DNA from: Piromyces finnis finn
Lineage: Eukaryota; Fungi; Neocallimastigomycota
Length of the DNA: 64,000 nucleotides
Assembly: GCA_002104945.1 (NCBI GenBank)
Contig: MCFH01000004.1
Coordinates: 248,001-312,000, forward strand
Direction of reading: 5' to 3'
Made by a program: the position numbers and the translations under genes. Positions 37,642 to 51,366 of the stretch are shown piece after piece. Below the pieces are notes generated by a model. It was not told where the DNA came from, made no database searches, and saw only the letters and a program-made list of their open reading frames with translations. Each line of letters starts with the position of its first letter. Positions within the stretch are counted from its first letter, which is position 1.

Positions 37642-39850
37642 TTATTTAAAGTAACCCTTTCCCTTTCTGGACTTTTCTGGAGTACCTGGTCTGGCACCAC
37701 TTTCTAATTGTCTCTTAGTTTCTTCAAGTTCACGTCTTTGGTTGATAAGTTTTTCCTTCATTTCCTTGTGACGAGCATGAAGCTATTTATATTTTTATTT
37801 AATAATATTATATGAAAAAAAAAAATTTTAATATAGGGAAGAAAAAGGTACAAGCGCAAGAATTAGAGTTGATAAATAAATAGAAAAAAAGATTGAACTC
37901 TTAAACTTACATCAGCATCAGATTGCATTAACTTGTTCTTCTTTTCTTGAACCTTTTGTTGGAAGACCATCTTCATTTCAGCTTCCATCTTAGTCATCTT
38001 AGCTTCATGAGCCTTCTTTTCTTCTTCGAATCTAGTTAATGGGCTATTTTTTTTTTTTAAAGTCAATCGTTAGTTATAAAAGTCATAGAGTTTAATTTTT
38101 ATCTTATCCCTACTTACTTGCCACCATCACCAAATTCATTACCAGAAGCAATAAGCTTGTTAGAACGGTAGTTTTCATATAAAACTTCATTAGTGTATTC
38201 TCTTAATTCTTCCATATGGGTTCTAATAAGCATTTGACGAAGTTTAATAAAGTCACAGTGATCTTCATTATCAACATCAATAATACCCCATGGGTATTGT
38301 CTACCTCTAATCTTTTTATTACCGGCATCGATTTCTTTATCACAACCAACAACAGCAAATGGCATTCTAAGCTAATAAATAGAATAAAATGTATTTTTAA
38401 TAAATACGGCGATCTTATTCTTTTGAAAAAAAATTTTTTTTTATTGTTATTGTTATTTTATACATACAACAATTTCCTTGTTTTCTTGAAGGGTTTCTGG
38501 ATCATCATTTTCGTAGATTGGTGGTCTGTAAATTTGAATCTTGTTGTATGAAATATCTTCCATAATCTAATTGTTAAATAAAAAATGGATTAGATACTTT
38601 GTATATATAAATTACATTTATTAATATACTTACTCTAGCCTTAAAACCAACAATTTCTTCTTCAGTTAATAAATCAGACTTAGCAATAACTGGAATAAGG
38701 TTGACACGGTGATGAAGTCTCTTCATGAATTCAATATCGAGTGGCTTTAAACTTTGGAAGGTTTTGAAATTTAAAAAGTTATAAATTAATAATTATATTA
38801 GAGATTATACTAGATAATTTTTTTTTTATTTTTCTGATAAAATAATAGTTACGAGTGACCAGTTGGAGCAATGAAGTATAAACAAGCATGAACACGTTCA
38901 TCAACAATTTTCTTTCTGTTAACCTTGTTTTCTTGTTCTAAGTATGAATCAAATCTAGCTTCAATATCATCTAAAATTGGTTTCCAACTAGATTCATTGT
39001 TAACGAAATCACCAAATCCTGGAGTATCAATGACGTTTAACTTTAATTTAATACCATTTTCTTCAAGATCTATTGTAATAAATTATCAATATTATAATGT
39101 AATGGAGAAAATATTATATATAAAATAGAAAGATTTTTTTAAAAAAAATTTTTTCATAAATAGAGCAGCCTTTTTTTTAAAAAAAAATGTATATAGATGA
39201 TAATACATACTAGTTGTAATGGTTTCAATTTGAATAGTCTTTGGTGGTTCTTCAGCATTGTGATCCTTGTTTGGGTAAACAGAGGTATTAAATAAAGTGT
39301 TAATTAAAGTAGATTTACCAAGACCAGATTCACCTATGAAAGTTTTAAAGAATTTTATGATTAAATTTACTATTAATATTTTTGCTAAAATACTAAAATA
39401 ATCAAATCTTCCTTCTTATTTCATTAACAAAACTAGATTTGTTATATTTCATTTAATATATCTTTATAGCTTTTTTATATTGCCATTAAATGTTATAATA
39501 TTTACCAACAACCATAAGGGTAAATTGGAAACCCTTCTTTATTGATTTTCTGTGAACTTGATTTGGAAGGTTTGCAAAACCAACAAAACAGTTTGGCTTC
39601 TTCTTAACAATTGGAATTTGTGGCTATATAAAAAGATAGTTGATTAAATAATTTATAAAAATATTAATTTTTTCATTATACTTTCAAAATAAAATATTTT
39701 GTATATAATATATTGTGGTTTTAATAGCATACTTGTTCAACTTCTATCAATATTTTAAAAAAGTTAAAAAAAAAAAAAGTTAATATTAAAGTTATTAATT
39801 TACAACTAAAATAAAAATATATAATCAAATATATTTTTACCTGCTGACAT
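37642..39850 (-). CDS. CDC3: Septin, Cdc3/SEPT7-like, about 10 exons
   Basis: Spliced N-terminus MSA|EVEQ|PQIP...[27 protein letters not shown]|[26 protein letters not shown] and GRQYPWG, followed by a coiled-coil tail ending ...GKGYFK*. Stop at 37644-37642. Confidence 0.9.
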
Positions 39851-42037
39851 TCTCTATATTTAAATAAATTATCTATAAATAAATAAATGGTAATATATAA
39901 ATAAATATTAGTTTATAAAATTTAATATCTATTTTTTCTTATTGAATTGAATTTGAATAGCTAGATAAAAAAAAAAAAAAAAGAAAAGAGAGTAATAGAT
40001 AAATAAAACTCTTTTTATAAATTATTTTTTTATAATTTCATTTATTCAATTATTGAAATCTTTAATTATGATTTATTCTTATGTGCTATATATAATAGGT
40101 TATGATTTTGAAGCACTTTTTTTTATTTATAATTATCAATTACTTCTATAAAAAACAAATTATTCCTAAGATTATAAATTGAATCATTATTTTTTTTTGC
40201 TTTTTATTTAATTATATTTTCCTTTCTTCCATTTAAAATATAAATAATAAAGAGTTTAATGCCAATAGCAATCAAGATTTATCACTTTTAACTTTTGAAA
40301 ATAAACATAAAACTTTTATATATATATATAATGATTTTTATTTTTATTTCTGGTTTTGTTATGTTTTTTTTTGTTGTTATTGTTGTTGTTGTCGCTTTTA
40401 ATTTATATTTTTATTATGTAATTGTAATACTCTTGTAAATACAAAAATTGAAATACTTTTTTTTTCGTTTATTTTTGGTATTTTAAATATATAATAATTT
40501 TACTTAATAAACTGAATACATTATCCTGAATTTTATTTATTTATTTATTTATTTATTTATTATCTTCAATTATTTGGTTTTGTTTATGGGTGAACTTTTT
40601 TAAAGTTTTATTTTTTTTTTTAAAAAAAAAAGCCCTTTCTTTTTGTTTTTATTTTGTTTTGTTTTAATTAGTTTTAGAATAGATTTTCTAAAGTGATTAT
40701 GGTATGATTATTATTTGTTTACATCTTAATGATACATTATTGATAAACTAATTTATATTCAATAATATAAAATACACATTTCTTTTATAGTGTTGAATAT
40801 TTCTGAACATATATATATATTTATTTTCTCTTCACTTTTTTCTTTGTTATTTACTATGGATTTTCTCGATATTTACCTATTATATAATATTAAAAAAAAA
40901 ATAATGATTATAAATTTTAAATATATAAATAAATAATTGTTTTATAAAAACAATCTAAAAAAAAATTATGGTTTAATAATAAATAATAATAACAAATAAT
41001 AAATAAATAATAATAATTAAATAATAACTTATTTAATAATATATTACAGTATATTCAATTTCAATAGGATAATATATTAATAGGATAACTATGAATATAT
41101 AATGTTTTAATTTTTAAAAATTTTTTCTCTAAACCGTTTATTTGTATATACAAAAAAAAACTTATACAACACATGAAATAATTTTATTTTTGTGATGGTA
41201 AATAAAAAAAAAACAACTACATAACTACATGAATTACAATAAATGTATCATTAAAACTGTCTATTGAATTATATCTATTTTATAATAATACAAATACTAT
41301 ACAATATACATATGTATTAAAGGCGCTTTCTCGTTGTAATTCTCTATAAAAATTTTTTGTAATGAACTTTTTAATAAAAAAATGTAGAGGCAATAATTTA
41401 TAATTACAATATATTACAATTTACAACTACAATTTGTATATATGTATACATAATGATAAAACATAAAACCTAATAAAATGGTGTAAATAATCCTACTATT
41501 TAAAAGTTTAATTATTAATATATTTAAAACATAATTTTATATACATTCATTATGTGTATTATTTATATATGTGGCTTTATATTAAAAAAGAATAACTAAT
41601 AGAATATAAGCCAATCATCGTTAATTATTTATTTTACCTTTATATAAAACATATATTATAATATATTGAATAATATATAATTACATATATTATAGGTAAG
41701 ATGAATTAATATTAAAAAAAAAAGGAGGTCAATAATATGTTTTTTTACAAAGGATGAAAAATACTTTGACCAAAAATAGTGGCAGACTGTTAAACGACTC
41801 TTGGTAATGGTAGTGTGCTTGATCCATTTTCCACATCACAAAAGATTTTTTTATCCAAATTATGATAATATAAAGATCACCATACGAACTTTAATATCGT
41901 TATCTGTAATTTTAGCTTTTCTATTCTCCTTTATCCTATATATACTCTACTAAAATGATGCTTATTATTTAACATTATCATGATGATTCTATTATATTAA
42001 TAATTTATTATCAAAAATTAAAACAAATTCATTAGTG

Positions 42038-42320
<283 letters not shown>

Positions 42321-43018
42321 AATTATAACTATAATTATCTTTTATATAAAGGAAAAGTATAATTAGAAAGTTGTAAAGTGACATGATTTTAAAATAAATA
42401 TTTGTAAATAAAATATAATATAAAAATTGTTTTTTTAAATTTTTGGTATTATTTTATTAATATTACTTTTTTTTTTTATAAAAAAAAAAAAAATTAGTAA
42501 CGATATATTTAATATTTCATGACTTTAATTTAGAAAAGGGTAAAATAATAAATTTTATTTAAAATGAATTAGAATTGCGATTACTAAATTTAAAATACTA
42601 CATTAAGAAATCAAAAGGTAAAAAAGAATAATTAAAATTAAATTATTTAAAAATTAAAAATATATCCCATGAATGATTTTTTTTTTTTTTTTTTTTTTTT
42701 TTGCTTGTTTGTTTATCAATGATTTTATATTTCCATCTTGTTTTGTTTTTTATCAATAATTTTATATTTTCCAGTAATGCGATTCATACTTTACATTAAG
42801 AATATTACTTTATAAAGGAGGAATAATTCGTAAATAATAAAATGATTTAGGTCAAATAATAAATTATCGTTTTTTCTTATGTAAAAAAAAAAAAAAATAC
42901 TGATATGTATATAATAGGTATGTGTTAAAAAATATTAAATAATCATGGTTAAGAGTGGGATGACGAATATTTTAAAAATGATATTCTTTAAATAATATTA
43001 TTTTAAAGAGTTTCATTT

Positions 43019-46000
43019 TTAATATAATGCTTTTTTGGATCTATTAAAGGATTTTTTTATATTTCCTTGATTGAATTGTTCAAATAATTCTGGAGGTTGA
43101 CCAGGTTTAGATGAATTTGAAATATTACTATATTTTCCTAAAACATCATCTATTTCATGCTTTGCTGAAGGTTCATTACAATATAAACTAATTAATTTTT
43201 GAAGAGTAGTATTCTTTCGTATAACTTGACTCTTCTTTTTACTATTTCTGATACGTGACTTTCTTTGTTGATCACCTTCATTTTCTTCTTCAAGATTTTG
43301 ATACAATTCATTATTTTCCTTTTTTTTGTTTTCTTGAATTTGTATGGGTGAAGACGTGCGTATTATCTTATTACTTAAATACTCTACTTCATCTTGATCA
43401 TCAGATATTTCAATAGTACAATCAGACGAACAAAAAACTATATCAATGTCACTGTCATATATAATCTCATCAAGATCACTATTAATTCCATTGTTTTGGC
43501 TTATATCCATCACTTTATTTTTCCGTGAATCGTCAAGACTTTCAATATTATTTTCTATAGTTTCAGATGACTCAGAAGATATTGAGTGTAATTTTTCAAC
43601 ATGTGATACTATTCTTTTACTTTTATCTTCTCCTTCCTTATTCTCAAAGGTATACTCGTCAAATGGAAGGACGGATGGAATACTAGCTATTCTTTCAATT
43701 TTTTCATCATCAAATTCTGTATCTGACCCGCTTTCAGATTCAGATGTATATAAACTTTCATCAGAACATTTTTCATTTTCAGCATCATAAGGTCTCTCAA
43801 AAGCTATTTCTATATCATCATCAATTTCAGATTCTTCTTCTGAATCAGATTCGCATTCCGATTCACTTTCAGATTCTGAATCATTTATCAATTGAAATAC
43901 TTTTTTGGGTTGATCCTTATGTCTTAATTGTTCTTTTTCATATTCCTTTTTTAAGCTCTCAGAATTATATTCATTTACATTACAAATTAATATATCATTC
44001 TTCTCATTAGTTTCAACTTCAAAACAAATTTCAAATTCGCTATCCTCTTCCATTTCCTTAGCTTCCTTTGTAAAATAGATTTCTAAATTATCACATTCTT
44101 TACAATCTTTTTCAATTTCATCATCTGATTCTAAGTCTGACTCCGATTCCGATTCTGATTTTGATTCTAAGTCTGATTCCGATTCTGATTCTAATTCTGA
44201 TTCTAATTCTGACTCTGACTCTTCTCTACTAAAGCAAATTTCAATACCTTCATCTTCCTCGTTTTCACTTGCATTTCTTTCAAATATAATTTCAATCTCA
44301 TCATCAATGTCATCTTCTTCACTTTCATCTTCTTCACTTTCATATTCTTCACTTTCATCATCACTTTCTTCATTATCATCTTCACTTTCTTCATATTCAA
44401 ATTCAGATTTTTCCTCTTCAAATTCTTTATCACCATCAACTTTTTCAAAGCAAATTTCAATATCACTATCTCCAACGTTTTCTTCAATATAATTTTCTTG
44501 TTCTTCTTCGCTATTGTCATTTTCACCATATTCAATAATATTTTTAATCGGACTGTAATCTTTACTCAAAATATAAACTTCTTCCTCAATCTCTTCTTCT
44601 TCAATTTCTTCTTCATAAATAGAATCCTGGTTAATAAACAAAGTTTTTGGGTTTTCACTATTTACATATTCCACAACAACAATTTCTTCAATAAAACTAT
44701 TTTTAGTTGATTCCTCATTCAATATATTATTTTCTTCATTAAATGATATATCTTTCTCTATTCTATCCTTACAACAACAATCTTCATTCAATATTTTCTT
44801 ATCGCTAAAGAGAGATTCATCTTCTGTATCTTGAATGAAAAAACTAATTCCATCTTTTTCATCAAAATTTTCAATAATATCAAGAAGACATTGATTATCA
44901 GCAGAAAAATTAGAAATGAATGAATCAGAGTCATCCTTTAAAATAATCTCTTCTTTATTATTATCATAATCATCTAATAATAAATGATCCGTTGAGGTTT
45001 CTAATTCAATATCAAAATTAAAATGAACATGGCTATTACTCTTTTCCTTAAATATAAAAGAATCATAATCGGCATTATGCTTACAATTACAACAATGACA
45101 ATGAGTGTTTTGGTTCTCTAACCCATCACAAATACTTGAACTATTATCAGTAAATGAAGAATTTCTTGAATTTAAATCAAGTAATTGATTTTCATATTCT
45201 CCATCATCTTCATTATTACTACAAAAACCACTGTCGTTAAGAGCTTCATAACTATTATATTCCTTTTTTAACAAAATACTCTTCTTAAATGATTCATAAG
45301 TCAGACTTTCCATGTAAGTTCTAAATTCTTCATCATCTTCAATGGTACTTATTACATCTCTATCTTGTGAATGATACCAATCTAAAATTGCTGATGCATC
45401 AATAATATTTAAGTTATATAATCTATCAATTACATTTATAAATAAATGTTTTAAAGAATTAGTAGCCTTAAAATGGTTGTAAATAAGATTTAATAGATGA
45501 AGTTTATCCTTTTTGGATGGACCGACATATTCTTGGAATAAAGCTACATATTTTCTAATAAATTCAAGTACACATATCTTAGCCTTTTTTTGTTTTTTCT
45601 TTTCAATGAGATCACATATTACATCAACAAAGGCAGAAAGAACCTCTTTTCTCTTTGTTTCACATTTCTTCACAATCTTATCCAATTCAATAGAAACATA
45701 AACAGCATCCAAATCATCAACAATCATTTGATTTAAGATCAAAGGAGCAACATCACAAAATTTGGACTTTCCTTCTTTTACTTCTAATATGAAGTCATCT
45801 ATTCCTCTTTTATCCAAATCACTTAGTAATTTCTTTGCTTCTTCTTCAATTCGACGTTGTTCTTCTTGTCTTTTGAAAATGTTTGATTCCATTGATGATT
45901 TAAATCCATCTTCAGAATAATTTCTTGAGTAACTATCATCCTCATCACTGCTATAATCATTATCATTTTCATGACTTTGCATGTCAATTTGACGTTTCAA

Positions 46001-46663
46001 TGATTTATTTTCATCTTCCAATTTTCCACATTTTAAAAAACACTCTTCATAAGATTTTTCTAATTTTTTATATGACTCCTTTAAGCAATTTTCCTTAATT
46101 TCATATGCATTCTTTTCATTTTCTAATTGCTTACTAATTTCATCACTTTTTTTATTACAAAATCTAAGTTTTTCTACCAATAATTTATTATATGTTTCAA
46201 CTTCAATGAGCCTTTTTTTATAATATTTCAATTCCTTTTTGTTAGCTATTGTAAGAGATATTGGGTTTAAACGAATGATTGAATACTTCAAAAATTTTTT
46301 AATTCCCTTAATGCCACATTGACAATATAATGATTTAAATGAATGGTAATGACTATGATGATGGCCTGTAATATAAGAATTATGCTTACTAGCATTTAAT
46401 GATAATGAAGATTTTTCATTTGAAGTTTCAACTGCTGCTAAACACAATGCCTCATATATTGGACATGATTTTTGAATTTTATTTCCATAGTCTTCACTTA
46501 TATTTATTCTTTCATTTTGATTATTGTTATATTTAAGTATTTTCTTTAATAATAATATTATTACTATAGTTGGAAATACTATGGTTAATAAAGTTTCATT
46601 TTCTTCTTTGTTAACAGTTTCATTAACTTTTTCAATTGCTTGATTAACTTCTATTCCCTCCAT
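43019..46663 (-). CDS. 1214-aa intronless protein: N-terminal hydrophobic segment, coiled coil, W2 (eIF5/eIF2B-epsilon/eIF4G C-terminal-like) domain, very long acidic tail
   Basis: Single long ORF. LLTIVFPTIVIILLL lies near the N-terminus. W2-like ...FIRKYVALFQEYV....KLHLLNLI...LFINVIDRLYNLNIIDASAILDWY (~45360-45570). The C-terminal half is D/E/S-rich. Confidence 0.75.
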   Translation of the reverse strand: MEGIEVNQAIEKVNETVNKEENETLLTIVFPTIVIILLLKKILKYNNNQNERINISEDYGNKIQKSCPIYEALCLAAVETSNEKSSLSLNASKHNSYITGHHHSHYHSFKSLYCQCGIKGIKKFLKYSIIRLNPISLTIANKKELKYYKKRLIEVETYNKLLVEKLRFCNKKSDEISKQLENEKNAYEIKENCLKESYKKLEKSYEECFLKCGKLEDENKSLKRQIDMQSHENDNDYSSDEDDSYSRNYSEDGFKSSMESNIFKRQEEQRRIEEEAKKLLSDLDKRGIDDFILEVKEGKSKFCDVAPLILNQMIVDDLDAVYVSIELDKIVKKCETKRKEVLSAFVDVICDLIEKKKQKKAKICVLEFIRKYVALFQEYVGPSKKDKLHLLNLIYNHFKATNSLKHLFINVIDRLYNLNIIDASAILDWYHSQDRDVISTIEDDEEFRTYMESLTYESFKKSILLKKEYNSYEALNDSGFCSNNEDDGEYENQLLDLNSRNSSFTDNSSSICDGLENQNTHCHCCNCKHNADYDSFIFKEKSNSHVHFNFDIELETSTDHLLLDDYDNNKEEIILKDDSDSFISNFSADNQCLLDIIENFDEKDGISFFIQDTEDESLFSDKKILNEDCCCKDRIEKDISFNEENNILNEESTKNSFIEEIVVVEYVNSENPKTLFINQDSIYEEEIEEEEIEEEVYILSKDYSPIKNIIEYGENDNSEEEQENYIEENVGDSDIEICFEKVDGDKEFEEEKSEFEYEESEDDNEESDDESEEYESEEDESEEDDIDDEIEIIFERNASENEEDEGIEICFSREESESELESELESESESDLESKSESESESDLESDDEIEKDCKECDNLEIYFTKEAKEMEEDSEFEICFEVETNEKNDILICNVNEYNSESLKKEYEKEQLRHKDQPKKVFQLINDSESESESECESDSEEESEIDDDIEIAFERPYDAENEKCSDESLYTSESESGSDTEFDDEKIERIASIPSVLPFDEYTFENKEGEDKSKRIVSHVEKLHSISSESSETIENNIESLDDSRKNKVMDISQNNGINSDLDEIIYDSDIDIVFCSSDCTIEISDDQDEVEYLSNKIIRTSSPIQIQENKKKENNELYQNLEEENEGDQQRKSRIRNSKKKSQVIRKNTTLQKLISLYCNEPSAKHEIDDVLGKYSNISNSSKPGQPPELFEQFNQGNIKKSFNRSKKALY

Positions 46664-47860
46664 CTCGAAAAAAATGTATATATTAAATAAATGATATAAT
46701 AATAATTCTAAAAAAAATATTTAACTAAATTATTAATATTAAATAATACTATACTAATTAATTATTAATAAATAATTAATAAAAATATATTTTAAGCTAT
46801 ATTCTATTTTTCTTATTAACAATTATACTATATCGTTAAAAAATATTTATGTGTAATTTTTCTTTTCTATGGAATAATTAATTAAAAAATTGTTATTTCA
46901 TATTTTTTAATTCTCTTTTATAATTTATAAAACTTTATTTTTATTAAATCTATTAAAAAATATTATTCTTTTATTTAAAAAGGTAAAGAAAAGCTTTTCT
47001 TTTACACTTTTTTATATAAAATATATGATTCTAATATAATTAATGATTTTTAATAATTATTAATTTAAATTTGTTATGATGAATAATATAAATTAACTAA
47101 CTTATAAATACAAACACTATAAATTCCTACAAATCCAGATTTTAAAACAAAATTTTCCATGATGTTTATAAAAGATATATGTTATAACTTTTAATTATTA
47201 TTTTTCTTTTATAAAATAAAAAATTTGATTCCTTATATGTTATAATAATAAATTAATAATATTTTATTACTGCTTAAATGATTATTAAATGTTTTTCTTT
47301 TTTATATAAATAATTACTGTTCAGATATACGTTAATCTTGTGAAATAATATTTTCTATTTATTAATTATCTTATATGTTTAGAAAATAATAATTTTTTAT
47401 GATTCTTTCTTTTTTTCTTTCTTTTTTTTTTGGATACTTTTGTAAACTAACTTAATATAATATCTGGAACTTTTAGATTCTTTATTATTTAAATTGTAAA
47501 AATAATATTACTCAATTAATTGTTATTTTAATCAAATTAAAACTATACTAAAATTTAATAAATCTTTTTTATATTTTAATTTATATATTTTCCTTCCTTA
47601 TTTTTACATTAAATAACAAAATTTTTTCATTTTATTATTATTATCTTAATATTATATGATATATATTATATATATTTATTATTATGATAATGTATTTTTT
47701 TTTTAATTAATGTTCTTTTATTAGATTTAAATAATATTTCTTTAATAATTTAAAGAATAAAGGAGATTTCAAAAAAAAAAAAAAAAAAAAAAAAAAAGCT
47801 TTTATATATGTATAAAATTTATAAAATTTTGATGATTTTGTGATTGTATAATTCTATAAA

Positions 47861-48004
<144 letters not shown>

Positions 48005-51000
48005 GTATGAGAAATTTATTATTAATTTTATTTTTTTTACTTTTTACTAATAAATTTAAATAATAATTGTTTAAAAGAATAAAATTTAAATATATTAAAC
48101 TATAATTAATAATATAATAAATTATTATAAAAAGTGTAAATTATAATGTATTATCAAATTATAATATAATCGATTATATAGTAATATATATAAAGTTTAT
48201 TATTGATTTTACTTTACTTTAAATTTAATATTATTTATATTTCATATAATCCTATTATATGGAAGTATTATATTATTTCATATATTTTAAATATAATCAA
48301 TTTTTATTATAGATTTAATTAAAGTCAATTAAACATCCTATTAAATATTAAATAGCTTATATATTACAATTTATTATAATAAATGATATAATAGAAATTT
48401 TATTTTAATAATTATCCAAAAGTTAAAATTTCGTATTGCATTTCATAATATATTATAAAAAAGTCCATCCTAAAGAACTCTCCTTTTTTATGCAGAAAGT
48501 ATGCAGAAAGTGGTTTAAAGTCGTGGTAATTACAATTTAACCAAAGAATTTAATAAATATATAAATAAAAAAACTATGTTTTATAATGAAGCATTGTAAT
48601 ACTGCCAAGTATTCACTTTATAATGCAAAAAAAAAATAATAACTGACTAATAAAATATTAAATATTCTTTTATTATTTCAAATAACATAACTTTTGATTA
48701 GATCAATGATATATTCTAACCCATATATCATCCTATGGTTTACCATTAATTTATCCGAAATTAAAAATCAGAAATCAATTATCAAAAAAGAAAAAGGACA
48801 AGGTCAAAAATTAGGCCAACTAACCACGAAAAGGAAAAGTGTTAATGCTTTAATTTTTATAAACCTATTTATTGTTCATACAAACTAAAAAAAAAAAAAA
48901 AAAAAAACATTACTAATAACCAATACTGGAATGTTAAATACAAAGGAAAAAAAAAGATTTTAAAAGAATTAAATTCTTTTTGTTATTTTTTTCTATGAAA
49001 AAAAAAACTTTTATTTTTTTATAATTCTATAATTATTACAATATAAATCTTTTCTCCCATAATTATTTTTCTTTTAAATTATTAATTCAAATTAATAATA
49101 AAATATAACATTTAATAATATCTTTACTCTATTAATTACATTATATTTATTATTTATTTATTATTGTTATATGATAAATTATTAATAAAGAGATTCAAAT
49201 AAAAAAAAAAAAAAGATTTTAATTTATTCTATAATAATAAGTATTAATAATATAGAAAAGTGGAAGAGTACAATATTACTAATGCTTCAATTTATACATT
49301 TTTATAAATAATGTAATGTATATTGTATAATTTTGTACATGGTATTATTATCATGATAAAAGATAATTCACCTTTATTTTAACCTGAATCTTTATCTTTT
49401 ATTTATCCTTTTTTTATAACCATTATAAATATTGTAATGTAATGATATTCTACCAATCATACAACAATTTTAATGATTATTCACTAAAATGAAACAACCC
49501 ACAAACATCATTTATTTCAAAAGTAAAATACACAAAAGTTTCAATTATGCGGCGGAGTTGTATAAACGAACTTTAAAAATTTATAAAAATCTTTTAGAAT
49601 AATAATATTAACTGTTGACATTAATATAATAAACCTTCTTTTTATATGAAATATAAGATTCTAATAAATAATAATAGATATTATAAATTATTATCAGTAT
49701 TATTATCGCACTTTAATAAATAAGGCATTTAACAAATAGGAACAATTAATAATGTCAATTTTGAAAATAAAATTGATTAATCATTCCAGACTTTTTTTTT
49801 CTTTTTTTAATAGCTTATAAATGTATAAATGAATAAATTTATCAATATTGATTTAGAAATAAAATTTGAAATAATGTTATTGATGGTAATAAATACTAGT
49901 ATTATTACATTTTTTATTATTGCTTTAAAAAATGAAAATTAACTAAAAGATAATTATAATAAATACTTTATTTTATAGCATTTTACTATTTTATAAAAAA
50001 AAATACAAAAATAAATTGAGAATGCTATTATAATTTGATCTTTTTACTTTTATTTTTATAACAATTGGTAATATTTGTTATAAATAAGGAGAAGAAAGAG
50101 AATAATAGTCTAATTTTAAAATCTTATTTATAGAATTATAAAATTTAAAACTTTATATTTTTTTTTTTTCAATTACTTTTTATTTAAAACTTTATATATT
50201 TTTTTTTCAATTATTTTTTATTAAAGTTTATTTTTCTTTAATAAGAATAATAATAAAAAAGCTTTTAGTATTTCTAACCTTAGATTACATATATTCATTT
50301 ATTAATTAAAGGGTTAGACAATTAAACATGTTTTTACTAATAAATAATATTTATAATTAATTGCTAAATAATATATAACAATCCATTGAAATTGTTGTTA
50401 TTGCTATTAAAAGTTTAAATGATGATCTATTGAAATGTTATTATTATTGTCATTACTATTAAAAGTTTAAATAAGTTTAAAATAGTGATATTATTAAGTG
50501 AAAGTACTAAAAAAACATAAACTTTTAGTCATTTTTTGTGAAATAATAAAGTATTTTAATGAATTTATAAATAATATAATTATAAACTATTGTTTAATTT
50601 ACAATAGGCCTTATTAAGACATACTATAGACTATTGCTTTGTTATTGTTAGGTCTTGTTTTTGAAATAAACTTTGTTGTTGCCTTGAAATGATTATAAAC
50701 TTATAAAATGTCAATTTAATTTTCATGTTACACAATACCCACTTGAAATTTCAAAAATATTGATATTATATATTTAATAAATAGGAGTGATTCAATTTTA
50801 ATAAATATAAAAATAATCTAATTATATATGAATCAATATAATCAAATATATTATATAATATATTTTAACAAATAAAAAAACAAACAATTATTAATATTTT
50901 AATTAGAAATAAAAAAAAATATAATAAATTTATTTATCTTTTTTTTTATATTTAAATTAAACAAGAAATATAATTATATTAAATATATACACAATTTACA

Positions 51001-51366
51001 AGAAAGAGTAAAAACTCTTCTTTTTTACAGATTTATTGTTAAGATTGATAATAATTTTATTTATTATATAAACTCATTTCATTATCATTATTAATAAAAT
51101 ATTATTTTATTTATTGGTTATTGTAAATTAAAATTTAATTAGTAGCATAAAAAACATTAGAGCGTGAAATTATAAAAAAATCCTATTAATAAATATAATC
51201 ATAGAATTTAAATTGATATTAAAAAATGCTATTATAATAGGATAATACAGTTATTAAAATGTATTATTATTTCATTTAATATTCCAAAAGTATTATTTTT
51301 CTTTTTGAAAATAGATTTATTCATAATTAAAGACATTTAATAATATTGTAGTCCAAGTCCGCCAAA

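Noticed and set aside
48480-48900. 64-aa ORF 48694-48888 and nearby GC-richer patches (ATGCAGAAAGT doublet; also 49480-49570 and 50600-50760)
   Set aside because: They may be old gene or transposon debris, but I could not recognise a motif, terminal repeat or TSD.
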